Shown: positions 1 to 15,360, counted from the stretch's first letter. The stretch: DNA of 64,000 bases from Eledone cirrhosa (GCA_964016885.1 OZ024742.1:265112001-265176000); one strand, 5' to 3'. Notes: generated by a model not told the origin, from the letters alone. Translations and numbers: made by a program.

Positions 1-2689
1 GTTAGAAAATTAGACGAGGCGCTTAGTAAAGGCATCGCGACCGACGTCCTTGCGGCGAAATTGGCCCTTGACCAATTCTTCAATGCAAAGCACGAAGGCT
101 GCGTAGTCAGAGCTAGGGTGCGTGCTGTCAGACACCAGTGGACGAAAGCAGTTCAATGGACCCAAGTGGCTGAAGCGCGTCGTGGCAACAAAGCCACGAT
201 CCGGTCTTTGGTGGACCACGACGGGCGCATGCTACTCGATCCCGGGCAAATGAGTGAAGCTTTTCAGCGACACTCCGCCCAGCTGTTCGGGGGCAGCGGT
301 GGGCCGGATCGTCGGATGGACTTTAGTGCCTACTTATACGGACTGCCGCGGCTCTCGGCCACTGAGGCGGAGTGTTACAGAAAGCCGAAAACAGCCGCTG
401 AAGTACGGTAGGAAATGACTGGCTGCACAAGGGGTAAATCGCCTGGTTCTGATGGTTTGCCCTACGAACTTTACGTACACATGCCAGACTTTTTCGGAGA
501 CCTCATGGCAGATATCTACTGAAACTGGCAAGAGAATGGAAGAATTCCCAGCTATGTGAGCCGAGGAGCGGTGGCGCTGCTGAGAAAGGATCCGAACAAC
601 GTGGATAAAATAGATAATTTCAGGCCCATAACTCTGCTAAACACAGAGTTCAAGATTTTGGCCAAGCTGCTAGCAAAGAGGTTGGCGCTTGTCGTTGGTG
701 GTCTGGTGGGAGAGGCGCAGAGATGCGCCATTCCAGACATATCCATCCACGACAACCACCACCTCATGCGATACATCCTGGAGAGGGTAGCAGGGGAACC
801 TGGCACAGGTGGGTCCTTGATCAATTTAGATCAGTCGAAACCTTTCCATAGGGTCGACCATCGTTATCTGGCGGATATCCTGAGGGCGGCCGGCTTTGGG
901 CCCGTCTTCAGAGGCTGGATCGCTGCCATGCACAGCGACATCTGCTCTGTGGTGAGAGTGAACGGTCACATTCGGAACCGTTCATTATTATGCGCTCGGT
1001 ACGCCAATGATGTCCCCTCTCGTCCCTGTTGTACGTATTGACTCTCGAACCATTACTGCACAAATTGGAGACGTCGAGGGGGGTCCCGCGTGAACTGGCA
1101 TGCGGAAGATCCGTGTCAGCATATACAGACGATGTCGCCGTAGTGGTGTCTAAGAGAATACGAAGCGGTGACAGGAGCAATGTTCAACCAGGAAAACTCG
1201 GGGGGGGGGGATGCAGCTCGGCACCTGGAGAGGCAGGTCCATGCGGTCCAACAGCGTCGTCGGGCGCTGGACGGACGGACTGGTTAAATTGCTAGGGGTC
1301 TAGTTCGGTCCATATCTGCAGACGGACAAAAACTGGGACGAGGTGACGAGCAGGGTCGCTTCTCTCACCCAGAAATGGGCGGAGAGGAAGCTATCCCTGA
1401 AAGGTCGAGCGGAGGTGGCGAATGCTTACATCGCGTCCGTCATCTACTACCGTCTGACCGTCGTTCCGTGTCCTAAGCCTCGCCTGACTGCGCTGGAATG
1501 TTTGCTCTTTCGCTTTTTGTGGAAGGGACGCGCTCCGATGATCAGGTGGTCCATCTGCTGTCAACACCCGCTACGTGGAGGGCTGGGCATGCCGTGGCTG
1601 ATGAAACGCAGACACGCGCTCAGGCTACGACATCTCCACCTCTTCCTCGGCGGTGATCAGGTGTGGTCGCCGTTTGCTAGACGCGTGTTTCCCCAGCTCG
1701 TCTCCTTGATGGAGCTGCAGTCCTGGGTCAAGCGAAGACCGAGAGGGAGCGCTTGGAGACGGGATTGTCTTCAGGCGCTCACAGCCCTCGACCAGTCGGG
1801 TAATGTGATCGGTGGAAACTCCATTTCAGCGTTCTATTGAGGATTAGTGGAGGGGTAGAGCGACGACATACTTGGGGAGACTCTGGGCGCCGACGAAAAT
1901 CAACTAGGTAATCTGTTCGGGAGAACTTTCGGGCCGGGCCCTATGGACAAATTCCAGAAATCCCTTCCTGGCAGTGCTACCGAGGAGCTTTGCCAGTTCG
2001 GGATAAACTCTACAGACATTGAAGTGCCGTCAGCCGGTTATGTCCGAGATGCACGCAGGGGGACGAAACCATCCTGCACGCACTCGTCCAGTGTCCGAGC
2101 ATTGCTAACTTGTGGGTTTATGTCGGACACCTGCTGTCGCGTGTAGGACGAATCCGGCTATTAGCTGAGTCCATCGTGATGATTGCCTCGCCCTCCTCCT
2201 TCAGCCGGGAAGGGCAGGCAATTTTTATCTGTCTGGTGGCCATGGCGATAGTGTGGTGGGCGCGTTTGAAAGAGTTGAAGACGAGCACTTATCTCTTGGG
2301 TGATGCCCTGATTAACTTTTTCAAATTTCATTTGAAAAGGAAAATCATAGTAGAGAGGGAAGTGCTCACTTCCCAGCATTTTGTTGAAAGATGGGTGAGA
2401 GAGGCATGCATGGTCCGAGTATACGCCTGTAAATGGAAGGTGGAAAACTGGGAGAGGGCACTTGCCCTGGTGGTCAGGGCCACCGTGGCTTTTTTAATGG
2501 GCTTTCTGCACGAATGTCCCTCGGAAGTCTCCCCCCTATTGGGGAATTTTTCATTGTTTCTTTTTTTGTTACATCCTCTGTTTTTTTGTTTTTTTTACAC
2601 GCAGAAATGCCCATTTGTACCGTCCTGTATTGTCCTGTATTGCCCTTAATGTTTTACTTTGTGTTAACCCTTGTGGTTTATAAAGAAAG

Positions 2690-2722
<33 letters not shown>
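1..2722 (+). mobile_element. Tx1-clade non-LTR retrotransposon, 3' part of ORF2 (RT and C-terminal region), frameshifted, with (ATT)n tail
   Basis: Translated motifs FRPITLLNTEFKILAK, LDQSKPFHRVDH, AYTDDV, LSLKGR, GGLGMP and CPRC..DET..HALVQC. 3' UTR ends TATAAAGAAAGC followed by (ATT)n at 2691-2722. Runs off the window start. Confidence 0.92.
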
Positions 2723-2786
<64 letters not shown>

Positions 2787-2835
2787 TGAATTAATGAAGG
2801 AGTTACTATCCGTTGAGACAAGTTCTAAATATAAA

Positions 2836-2873
2836 TCTTACATAATGTCTCACCCACATGGGCTTCTCAGAGA
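2836..2873 (-). ncRNA. Decayed minimal hammerhead ribozyme motif
   Basis: Minus strand: tct CTGAGAA gccc-atgt-gggt GAGA cattatg TA aga. Stems are recognisable but both core boxes are mutated. Lies downstream of a minus-strand PLE fragment. Confidence 0.5.
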
Positions 2874-2919
2874 AACGTTTGTTAATATAATGTTATCAAT
2901 AAATACATATATATATACC

Positions 2920-4323
2920 ATCAGAGCAGGTTGAAAATATTTCCATTAGATTTACGTCTTTGTGCATGGTAGACGAACATATTAATGGTGTCAGTGAAAA
3001 GGGCATCATCCCCAAGGGAGGCAACTGCATGGTGTAAAGGCAGAAAAGCACCCAAGAATATTTTGTATATCCCAGCTAAAGGGATGGTTTAGCAGGGTGA
3101 GTCTAACTCACTATGTGGTGAGCAGTGCTTAGGCAAAAGTTAGGTGGCTGGTAAATAGCATCATTAAATACTGTACTTAGGCCTAGCCCTCGTAGGAAGG
3201 ACTTAATGGTGGTGTGATGTAGATAGCTGTGGGGATAGGAGGTTATCCCTGGTCTAGAGACCAGTTGTAGAACGAGTGTTGTAGCCTGTGCTTGTAATTT
3301 ATCACCGTCTCAGCTCTACTATTAATGAGTTCGTGGGGCGAGCTTACTATATATTGTTTCCATTAGGCACAGCTGACAATTCTTCCTAAAGATGTAAGGC
3401 GTTGCTTGGTCTACTACTCCCCACTGTGTTGTGTAGCTAATGGTAAATTCTATTAATAATGAATTAGTTGCTGCAATAAGTTGTTTGAGGTAGGTTTTTC
3501 TGCTTGGTAACTGTATAGAATTGAGAGACATCGGTAACGGTTGTTTCTCCAGCATGATGGCAAATAGCGTGTTGAGCTCAACATTTCGCTTCGGCTATTT
3601 TGCACTTAGTAATCTGTATCGCACTTCTCTGTATCTCTCCATCTACTCCTCTCCTAGGATACATATTTCCTATTATTATCATACATATTTCCTATTATTA
3701 TCATACACATTTCCTATTATTATCGTACTCCTTATAGTTGAACTCAACACGCTATTTGCCATCATGTTGGAGAAACAACGCTTACCGATGTCTCTCAAGT
3801 CTATACCGTTACCAAGCAGAAAAACCTACCTCAAACAACTTATTGCAGCAAATAATTCATTTATACGTAGGGTCAGATGGAAGGCCTACCATTTGGACAA
3901 GGATGCAGTTAAACAACCAATGGCTAAAGACAGGTACGGATTCAAGACCTAGAAGAACCCACCGCATAACACCCTTTTGGACACCTTTGAAGACGACTTG
4001 CTAAGTATGATCAAGAATGTCTAATTTAAAAAAGGTTACAAGTGCACCAATGTTTTCCTAAACTCTTTAGACTCCCTCATCACTAAAATTAGGAATTATA
4101 AACACTTATATGTAGCCTCCGACAAAACCAAAAACCTGTATAAGTTAGATATAAATAGATGTAGGCAAGATCTGCTTGAACAATCTACTAAATATTAAAT
4201 CCTCTCCAATATTTAACTCTGCTATTTAGCACATTTCGCTTTGGCTATCGGCATTTAGCAATCTGTATCGTACTTCTCTGTATCTCTCTATCTCCTCCTC
4301 TCCTACGATACATATTTCCTATT
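2920..4323. mobile_element. Penelope-like element fragments in inverted arrangement
   Basis: Plus 3763-4200 encodes SLKSIPLPSRKTYLKQLI..FIRRVRWKAY..YGFKT (PLE RT N-terminus). 3452-3582 is an inverted copy of 3737-3865. Minus ~3045-2960 has CSC..CPF..VYHA, like the Cys motif preceding GIY-YIG. Confidence 0.75.
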
Positions 4324-4324
4324 T

Positions 4325-4513
4325 GGTGGATTGGCAGTATCGGTAGAGGGTTGGACTCAATGCTTTGCAGCATGGAGTTGCGGGCCTTTACGATCTGAGT
4401 TCAAATCCCGCCGAGGTTAACTTTGCCTTTCATCTTTGCGGGGTAGATGAAATAAAGTACCAGTGATGCACTGGGATGATTGCTGGCCTTGTGCCAAAAG
4501 TAGAAACAATTAT
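4325..4513 (+). mobile_element. tRNA-derived SINE
   Basis: A box TGGCAGTATCGG and B box GAGTTCAAATCC, followed by a core ..CTTTCATC..ATAAAGTACCAGT..GTAGAAACAATT. Recurs many times in the window. Confidence 0.85.
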
Positions 4514-4760
4514 ATATGGATTGGCAGTATCGCATAGAGTTACGCCCCTTGCCATTCTGAGGTCACATATATATATTAAAGTTTTCGCTCCAACATAGCA
4601 GTATGCATATAAGTACTTGGATTTTGTATATCTAATGATATACGGTATGTTTACGAATAAACATTTGCGAATAAACATTTGGAATGCTCTTTAGCTATGA
4701 ATATTGAAAAGCTGATGGCTAGCGCCGTCTAGCGGATTCGAGCAGCAGCACCAGGGGATA

Positions 4761-4801
4761 ACTGTCAACATGTTTTTGGCTTAGGCCGTCACCAGGACAG
4801 T
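4761..4801 (-). ncRNA. Minimal hammerhead motif with two core mutations
   Basis: Minus strand: actgtc CTGGTGA cggc-ctaa-gcca AAAA catg TT gacagt. Perfect 6-bp stem I and palindromic stem III (ACATGT), with core changes A6G and G12A. Confidence 0.65.
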
Positions 4802-5689
4802 GCTTCTCCCGCGAAGTTCTTTACTGGAATTTGAAAGAGGCAAAAATATATAATATTTTCGACTATGTACATGGGCTGATTAACTTCCTTTGCATATGGA
4901 GCTGTCAAGTATAATTAACATTTTCGCTCCGACATAGCTCTATACATATAAGTATGTGAATTTTGTATATCTAATGATATAAGGAAGTTGGAAAATCGGT
5001 AATTTTTCTAGATTGTCTCTGTTGATTTTTTTTTTAAATCAAAATTTCGCCGGAGCTAAATTTGCAAAATCTAATAAACGGTGTGTATGTGTGTGGGCGG
5101 GGGTGTTTGGAAAAATCTGAAAAATAAATATGCGTGGTGGGGGTGGGGAGGGGAATTATTAGAGACCCGAGCGTACATATATATGGTAGCATTTGAACAG
5201 AAAGAGGTGAAAGAATTCTGGCCGGACATGGCCGGTTTAAATGCTAAAGTGTTAAGGCCAAAACCTCTGAATGTATAGAGGAAATATTTCATCAGTTTTA
5301 TTTAGACTATGTCTATTGGCAGGTTTAGGGATAGTGGAATCGTCATCTCTGTATAAGCGAAGATTTGCAGATGGGAGAAGGTGCTAGCTACAAAAGTGGA
5401 AGCAGTAAATACGATGCCATAACTTTTAAAAAGATTAAAAAACGATTTAACAAGAAATATGTATACAGAAAAATAACATGAAAATAAAGCAGATATACAT
5501 ATAAACCCAAAGTCTGTGAATGTCTATACCATTCTGACCTCTTGCGGTGATGGGGATAATGTTTATCATCACACCTTTGGTAACCCATTTTATATGACAG
5601 ATTTTGTATCGTATATATGGTCCCTTGCGGCAAATAAAGTCAAGATTATTATAAATATTACTGGCAAAAAGAGAACACACACGCACATC

Positions 5690-7374
<1,685 letters not shown>

Positions 7375-7375
<1 letters not shown>

Positions 7376-7500
7376 CAGGAATAACAAAACAAACAGAGAT
7401 GCAATAACAAAAAATATTATTAGTTTCACGCTTGTTGGAAAAGGAAAATAAATAAATGTTTTAACTATCGGACGTTTGTCTTTTATCAGGAAAGAGCAAA
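7375..7500 (-). mobile_element. PLE pLTR-like repeat with decayed HHR (same family as 32090 and 36795)
   Basis: Minus strand: ttc CTGATAA aagac-aaac-gtcc GATA gtt aaa ... AGCGTGAAACTAATA, shared with 32090-32220 and 36795-36935. Confidence 0.55.
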
Positions 7501-9711
7501 AGTAAAACAAAAGTTTTTTAGTATAGGTGAGGAGAACATCCCTGTCTAAGGCGAGTGGAGGAAGGTTTCTTGATTGGGTATGTTGGGGGTGGAAACACAT
7601 AGGAACAGAAGAAGAGAGAGCAAGGTGATGGAAACAAGAGGGATAGAAAAGAAAAGAAAAAGGGATGTAAGGAGATTAGAACAGCGCAAGAGCAGTTCAA
7701 AAAGTCCAGCAAGTCCTTGCATAATCTATGGGTGATCCGAAGGATGACCGAGTAAAATCCCAAGGTGCCGAGTAGATATATTGGTTCAAATAAGAGAAGT
7801 GCCAAGTAAGTGTTGAAATAAGACTCGATATAAGATGTCAAACACTCCTATTTGAATCTGAATATCCACCCGGTACCTTGCGACTCTACTCACCTTACGG
7901 ATAATCATAGGTTTACCTACGGATTACCCACTACGAATTACGGGATTTTTTAAACTGCTCCTATATATATGTATACGTGTTTGTGTGTGTTTGTCTGTGT
8001 TTGTATGTGTGTGTGTGTGTATGTGTGTGAATGTGTGTGTGTGTGTGTGTGTGCGGGTGTGTGGGTATGTGTGTGTGTGTGTTTACGTTTCACATTCCAA
8101 GCAAAAAGTAAAAAAGTACTCAATGTAGGATAGAAGTGTAGTGAAGAGATTGCTCTCCCACTTCCCCCTCTCTCTCCCATGCTATCCTTTCACCTACGCC
8201 TCTGATCACGTAGTATCGTATTAATAACATATATTGTTTATGAGCAGTCAGTCATTCGATGGAAAATAGACCATTAAAAAAAAGAATTTAAGAAAAGAAT
8301 AAAAAAAGTTGGGTAAATAAATATTAAGTGTATCTATAGAGGCGGGCATAGGGACTGGTCATGACAGTGATTATGGCCCTGAAAATAAAGTTAAACCCAT
8401 AAGAAGGTCAGACAAAAATTCAACCTGGATAAACTCAGAGACCTGACCACCAGAGAGATCTTCCCATTTATTAGAGTTGGAAGGCGTGCACCACTGCTGT
8501 CGTGAGACAAGGATGGCGACGTTGATATATAAACAACAATATTCAACACTGGTGTTTGAAGCAACAAACGATATACCGAGGATGGAATGACACAAGAAGT
8601 GAGCTTTGGTGGTTATGGAAGGTATCCTAGACGTGTGCGACACGAAATGAGATCTGAACAAACTGAAACAACCGGAGAGGTAAGTATTGAAAAGTCAATA
8701 AGAAGATCAGAGGAGAGATGAAAAGAGCGAAAGAAAGGTGGATTGAAAAACTGTACATCGAAATCGAAGTTAGCTTGAGCAGAAACAACAATAAAAAAGG
8801 GGTTTTAAGATACTGAAGCTACTTATTTGCCCAGAATCGATAAACGAAAAGCTGCCGGAATAGAAAGTATCCTAGGATATAACATGAAGGAGAAACAGCT
8901 GTATGCAACAAAACCTGTCTAATAGAAGAGTGGCCAACCCCTAGACGCTATCGCTAATCAGAACTTTTACCAAGAAAGACGACTCTGAACAATATTCAAA
9001 CTATCGTACTATAATGCTCATCATTTTTCCTAACAAAGTCATTCTTAAAGTGATTCTAACTCGATTGAGTCCACAAGAAGAAACTATCGAGGAGGAAGAA
9101 AATGGATTTTGCAATGGAGGAAGCACCATAGAATAGCTCTTTAATCTCTGGCATCTGTATAGGAAATACAGGCAAACCCAGCAAGTGATACTCCTTAACG
9201 TGATAGATTAAAAAAAACCCCAGTCGACACGGTGTGGAACAAGGCACTACAGGTGACGATGAAGAAATACAACACGAACGAGAAATTGACTGTAATCAAC
9301 AGCCTACCGTACGAGAAAGTAACAAATTCAGTTCTCATTCAGGGCAATATAGGGAAGTGATTCTCATAGCGGTCGTAGTTAGGCAGGGATATCCCCAGTC
9401 ACCTCCACACTTAACACCGTCAGCATAGGAGGACGAAACATCAATAACACCAGACTCACCGATGATACTGATGGACTAGCAGGTAACAAAAGAGGACACA
9501 TTAGTTTAGTAAAGAGTCCTCACACAATCTAATACGGAACGGAAATCAACATTGAGAAGGCAAAATAAATGAGTCAAGTCAGGATCAACCAAGAGCTTGA
9601 CATGGAGACCGCTTCAAATACCTAGGAGCCATTATTAATGAAGAAGAGTCGAAGCAGGGAGAAACAGAAAGAGAGAGAGAGAAAGAGAAAGATGGAGAGG
9701 GATGGAGAGAA

Positions 9712-9815
<104 letters not shown>

Positions 9816-9835
9816 TGCCTTCCATATACACATAT

Positions 9836-10017
9836 TACTTGATTTCCCGGCGCCGAAGACGCGTCCTCCTCGAGGATGTACCCTAATTTTGAAAACAAAA
9901 AGTTTGAAAAAAGAAATGATAATGAAAAATATAACCTTCGGCCTCCAGGGCGCATTGTAGACTTTTGAGACTTATTTTAGGAGAAAAGTAGTGTCTTCGA
10001 CGCCAGGAAATACGGTA
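9836..10017. mobile_element. MITE, Tc1/mariner-pogo type with TA ends
   Basis: Left TActtgATTTCCCGGCGCCGAAGACGC versus right end reverse-complement TACCGTATTTCCTGGCGTCGAAGACAC: ~27-bp imperfect TIRs. Confidence 0.75.
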
Positions 10018-10437
10018 TATTTCCTTATTTTACTACTTGATGTACATTTCAATACTTTTCATATTTTACGTAGTTACATAATCCAGGGCATATAGAAGGT
10101 ACATTTTCTAAAGCATTAATTGAGAATAAGTACATATACATACGTCTGAGAAACCTGCTATGGCAATAGATGAACTTGTTAAACCACAGGTCTTTCTCAT
10201 CCAGTATATGAACGAGTGTTCGCCATACAGAGAGAGAAATTAGCTAGAACAACTTTTAAAATGCTATGAGTATCAGGTCTAGATTTTACTCCTTTACATG
10301 TCAATACATTTCGCCGGCTGTGTGTATAACATATCTAAATTATGGACATAATGTGTTAGCGGATAAATTGTAAATACATCTACACGTGTACGTTTGATAA
10401 ACAGACAATTAGCCTCGTTGTGTAAATAGCACAGCAA

Positions 10438-10665
10438 TTAACCCCTTAGAATTTGCATTACTCTATATATACTTTTGGATTTTTGCAGTAAAAGTTTTAC
10501 CTCACATAATTATCTCACATATTGAATCTATGAGATTTTGATATTATTCATTTTGAGAACAATACCTCCTTACGAAAGTATGATTGGTCAGTTACAGCCA
10601 GTTCGAACAGAAAGAGGTGAGAGAATTCTGGCCGGTTATAGTTGGTTTAAATGCTAAAGGATTAA
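10438..10665. mobile_element. piggyBac-type MITE (TTAA target)
   Basis: TTAA-CCCCTTAGAATTT ... AAATGCTAAAGGA-TTAA. A related right end occurs at ~5190-5255. Confidence 0.65.
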
Positions 10666-10959
10666 ACAACAGGAAGCTAGAAGATTGTAGATTCAGTACA
10701 TGTGTAGAATAAACATTTTTATTGAGAAAATTGAAGGTACACTACTTCACAATGACTGGGTAGTTATATCTCAGTAGAGATGTAGCTAGTCAACTCGGGC
10801 AGAATTTAAACTGAATAGTAGTGCCATGAAAATACATATAGTCAGATATTTCATTCTGCCAAAATATAAAGCCATGTGTTGTGACTAAAGTAGTATATAG
10901 GATGGTAATAAATGAATACGGAGTGGCGACTAATGGCTAAACAATAACTAGGGGGAAAC

Positions 10960-11268
10960 CTAAATATGGAATGCTACGCGATGCCCCCCCCCCCCACACA
11001 CACACACAGCCCCAGCGGACAGGATGGAGAAGGCGTTCCCACGGAGGACGGCAAGGGAGACGCGCTGGGAAAGCCACTCCAACTCGCAGGGTGCACACCT
11101 GTGGCTGGCCAGCTCAGCGCCTATGGTGGTGAGTAGGGAGGTAGCCCTAGGGCCGAGCACACCAGAAGTCTCCACTGCCAGGGATACAACCGCAAACCTG
11201 TCGGAGAGCGACCGGTATTTGAGGAGCATGGCCTCCTCAGCCCAACGTACAGCAGAACCTGGGTTAGT
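10960..11268 (-). mobile_element. CRE-type non-LTR retrotransposon 3' fragment (RLE C-terminus)
   Basis: LLKYRSLSDRFAVVSLAVETSG..EWLSQRVSLAVLRGNA, nearly identical to 28765-29060. Confidence 0.88.
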
Positions 11269-11892
11269 ATATGTATATATTTTATTTCATCTTAGCAAGA
11301 TATTTAATCAATGAGAATTCATAATGTCTTAACAGGTAGTCGGCGCTATACATTTATGTGTCTATGAGAATTATACAAACAGGAAGATAATGAACCTCAA
11401 ATAGACCACATAGAATAAATATTGAGTATCCTGTATGATACTTCGTGGCGTGTGTGTATGTGTGTGTATATGTAATTAAATTATTTCTTCATACTTAAAG
11501 GTTTAAAGGTTTTATGCGACTGACTTTAATCAATCGTAAACTTAAAATAATCTATCTATCCATCTATCTTTCTATCTAGCTAGCTATCTATGTGTGTATG
11601 TATGTATACACACATACATATTCAGGTGTGTATGTGTGTGTGTATGTGTACGCGTATATTTACATACATACACACACACAAATACATACCTAAATACATA
11701 TGTGCGTGTCTCTGAAATGTGTGGCTCTGCTTGAGGCAGAACTTCATATGATTGCTTACATCCATCATACAGTATTTTAAATACCATACAAGACAAGTTA
11801 TCGTGCAAATATTCCAGACATTTTTTTACTTCTTTTCCGTAACATCTTTTGTATCCTTCCTCTCTCTCTTTCTCACTAACCCAATCTCTCAC

Positions 11893-11943
<51 letters not shown>

Positions 11944-12439
11944 TTAAGCCTTTTTTTTCGCTGCTTTCTTTTGAATCTATTAGTCAATAAAAACACACTT
12001 AAGCAACGAAAGCATTAATTGTTTCTTACATAAACAACAATCTTGAGATTTTTGCAGGAGGGGAAACAGTTATTTTTGACGTTTATTACTTTTCAACACG
12101 CATTATCCACGTAAGTGAAGTGAAGTGAAGCGATTCGAACTGGAAGTCGAAACTGGATCGTGTAATTCGTTTCGTCGAGATCTTATCACTGCATTACAGA
12201 CATCTCCGTAATTAATAGCTTCGTCCATAGGCATCGATCCAGTGTTGATGTCTCAATACGGTCATTCGAACTGCTAAAAGAATTGCCAACTTTTTTTCCA
12301 AATCATTCTCTAACATCTTTAAAAAAAATGAAAAATACATTGGTCAATATACTTCTAAGTCTATGTTCGATAAAGACAAGATGGCCACGACAGGAATGTA
12401 TATTATAGTAATCCGCTCAGATTGTAGCTGACTCGAGAC

Positions 12440-12645
12440 TAAATAATGGTTTTGGAACAAGGCCACCAATTTTGGGGGAAGGGAATGTCGATTAAATTTA
12501 TCACAGGGCATTACTGGCACTCCATTTTACTGACCCCGTAAGGGTGAAAGTCAAAGCTAACATCCACGGGATTTGAATTCAAAACACAAACGGCCGTAAC
12601 GATGTTGTCCGACGTTCTAACGATACTGTCAATCCACCACCCTTG
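12440..12645 (-). mobile_element. tRNA-derived SINE, diverged
   Basis: CTGGCACT..GACCCCGTAAGGGTGAAAG..GATTTGAATTC matches the SINE family in reverse orientation. Confidence 0.7.
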
Positions 12646-13264
12646 ACCAGAGACAAAATAATATCTTATTTAAACATTGTAAGAATGTAGAGTGGGAATA
12701 TACTCCTTGCATGGCGACTATCTGATGGGGTTTCAATTCTCAGTCAAGCGATTTCAGTCCAATTCAATTAAATGTCGTAGCTATGATTTTCAATCATAAT
12801 TGGTAGCTTGTTTAGTTCCACATCGAGCCTGATCAAGCCAAAGACATTCCAGTTGTGGTCACCGATTCAGTCATTTGATGCTTCTAGGATGAATCATCTC
12901 CCACGCCATTCCTATTTTAAGACCGTAAGTATTATTTGAAGGAGATTTACCTGCTATTTCTAACTAGTCAAGTAACCACATATAAGCTCCTTCGTTGATT
13001 CTCAATCAATAAATTGTATAGGTAGGGAGGAAACTTCAGATTAAAACGATGTCTACTTAACTCCTGGTTTTGTTGATCTTCTAACAACTCACACTTGTGC
13101 AGGTTTCACAGATTGCATCTCACAAGAGGTTTCTTATGTGGTTTTAATTATGGGGGCTCCAGTTCTAATATATCACCATTTTTTTCGGTGTCAGATCGTG
13201 GAGAATCAGAAGAAATATAGCAAGGCAATCCGACTGACACACTAACAACCCCGCCAATCTAATC

Positions 13265-13410
13265 CTTTGACCGAGTACTTTATTATCTCCAGAATAATGA
13301 AAGGTAAAGTTGACCTCTGTTGGATTTGATCCCACAGCACAAAGTGCCGCGACAAATATTGCAAGGCACTTAATCCGACGCAATAATGAGTCTGCCAATT
13401 TGCCACCTTT
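13265..13410 (-). mobile_element. tRNA-derived SINE, diverged
   Basis: GTACTTTATTAT..ATGAAAGGTAAAGTTGACCTC..GGATTTGA..CTGCCAATT. Confidence 0.7.
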
Positions 13411-14789
13411 ACTTCATTGATACGGACAATGGAGACCCCACGTATTATATTTATTAATGGTTATGAAAGTGGATGTTTTCTTTTCTCACGAGATAAGGGA
13501 AGATGGATGAGCCAATATAATGGTTTGCAGTGTCAATTGTCAAAATGATCAAATCTCACTGGATCTATCCATTAAACTATAGAATTCATGGCTAGAATAT
13601 TTAAATTTCGGTTGCTAATTCTATCAAACCATAAATAAACAGAAGGGTGTAAATGTAAGTAGTTTGGGAACAATGTATAGCATTTCATTAAATCATAAGC
13701 AACTAAACTGAAGTTGCATAATAAGCAAATTAATACACTAACAAACACTCCTTTTTTAAAGCATTTCTTCAGAAACATAAAAAAACGAAAATAAACTGAT
13801 TCGAGGTTCGACTTTTATTAAGTCTGTCAGAGACCACTCATATCTCTCTCTGCCCACGGAGAAATACGCAAGAAATGGCTTTATAAGACCAACATATGTC
13901 GTAGTGTTAGTGAATTGGAAATTTGAATTGGCATAATATAAGTGCTATAGCTGGCAGCTATTTCAATTAAATACTAAACTATGAAGAAAGCAACTGAAAT
14001 ATGAGATAGATACTTATATGTACAGAAACAATAAAAGATTTAACTGAAGCTTAGTAATGCGTAAATGAATACTAACAAATGTAAACGTGTGATCTTTTAC
14101 CCATTTCTCCGCGATAAAAGCAAGAATGAACGATTTGAATCGAGTTTCGTCTATTAATAGGTTTCCCGTAAGAGACTTCACTCACTCATATTTACATTTT
14201 GTGAAATATGTAACTAATGGATTTATAAGTACATGAAATGTATTATTATTAGTGAATTGGAAATTTCAATTTGCAAAATATTAGTGATTTCGCTGGTAGT
14301 TAATATATTAATTCCTAATTTACTGTTTCATTAAGATGTAGTAAGGAGTTGGAGAGCGGGGGGGGGGGGGGGGGCAGGAACTAGTTCCAGAATATTCATA
14401 AACATAGGCACAGGATCTGAAGGTAAGGTGAGCAACCCAACTTCAAATCCAGGCCAGACATTTTCGAAACTTTTGGCAAAACAAGAACATAATTCAGGGA
14501 GGCTAAAAAACTGACTCTGCGCACGACCTAACTCATTATCCTTAAATTTCAGAACATAGCAGATACAACCTCAGAAAAGATAACAAGACCCAAACGGTAA
14601 CTTTAGCGCCGAAATTTCTGTGTGTAACACTAATATAAGTGTGACTTGAAATCCAATATACAAAACAGGGTGAAGAATTTTGAGACCTAGGAGAAAGTGG
14701 AGAACCTCAATACAGTATCTGAGGACCAACATACCCACGCTAGACGACCCAGGAAACGTACACACTAAGTTATTGAAATGGTCTGAGAG

Positions 14790-15320
14790 TCTATTGAGCA
14801 AATCCCCAAACGATCGTTGCGCAGGAGAAGCCAATCTTTGGGTCTCTCTACAGAAGCTTGCATAAGGGTTGTTAACGAGGATCTTAAGATGTACCTAAAC
14901 AGAATACAAACTAAACAAAAGCTTACAGTAGCTGATAGACGGACCTCGGCTGAGAAAATGCTGGAGCAGATGACAAACACCACACATTTTCTGAATCTGC
15001 TATGGACTGCTGATGAAGTCCACTTTTACTTAGAGGAGAAGATAAACTCTCAGAGCAAAGGGTCTGGGAGTCAGAGAATCACACTGAAGTGGCTATGAAA
15101 CTGACCCAGTCGGATAAATGTACCATCTGGGCTACTATTTTTGAGAGAGAGAGTTGATTGGCCCATTCTTCACCGAAGAAAATGATGTCACCCAGAATCT
15201 CCACTGAACTAAAGGAAAATATCAGGAAGGAGATCAGAGTAATCCCTAGGTCTGTTTGTAAAGACGTTATGCTAAACTTCACCACACACCTCAAAACATT
15301 TGGTAAAGATATACAGGGTG
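14790..15320 (+). pseudogene. Decayed Tc1/mariner transposase
   Basis: NLLWTADEVHFYLEEKINSQ resembles the first catalytic D motif (WSDEAHF). ELKENIRKEIRVIP..VMLNF resembles the C-terminus. Internally deleted. Confidence 0.65.
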
Positions 15321-15360
15321 TAGAGCACTCTGTCCAGGGGACTGGTTTTAATATATTATC

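Noticed and set aside
4325-4410. tRNA gene
   Set aside because: The A/B boxes belong to a multi-copy SINE head and there is no cloverleaf.
8380-9600. Purine-rich tract that might be a decayed LINE ORF1
   Set aside because: Too degraded to show any diagnostic motif.
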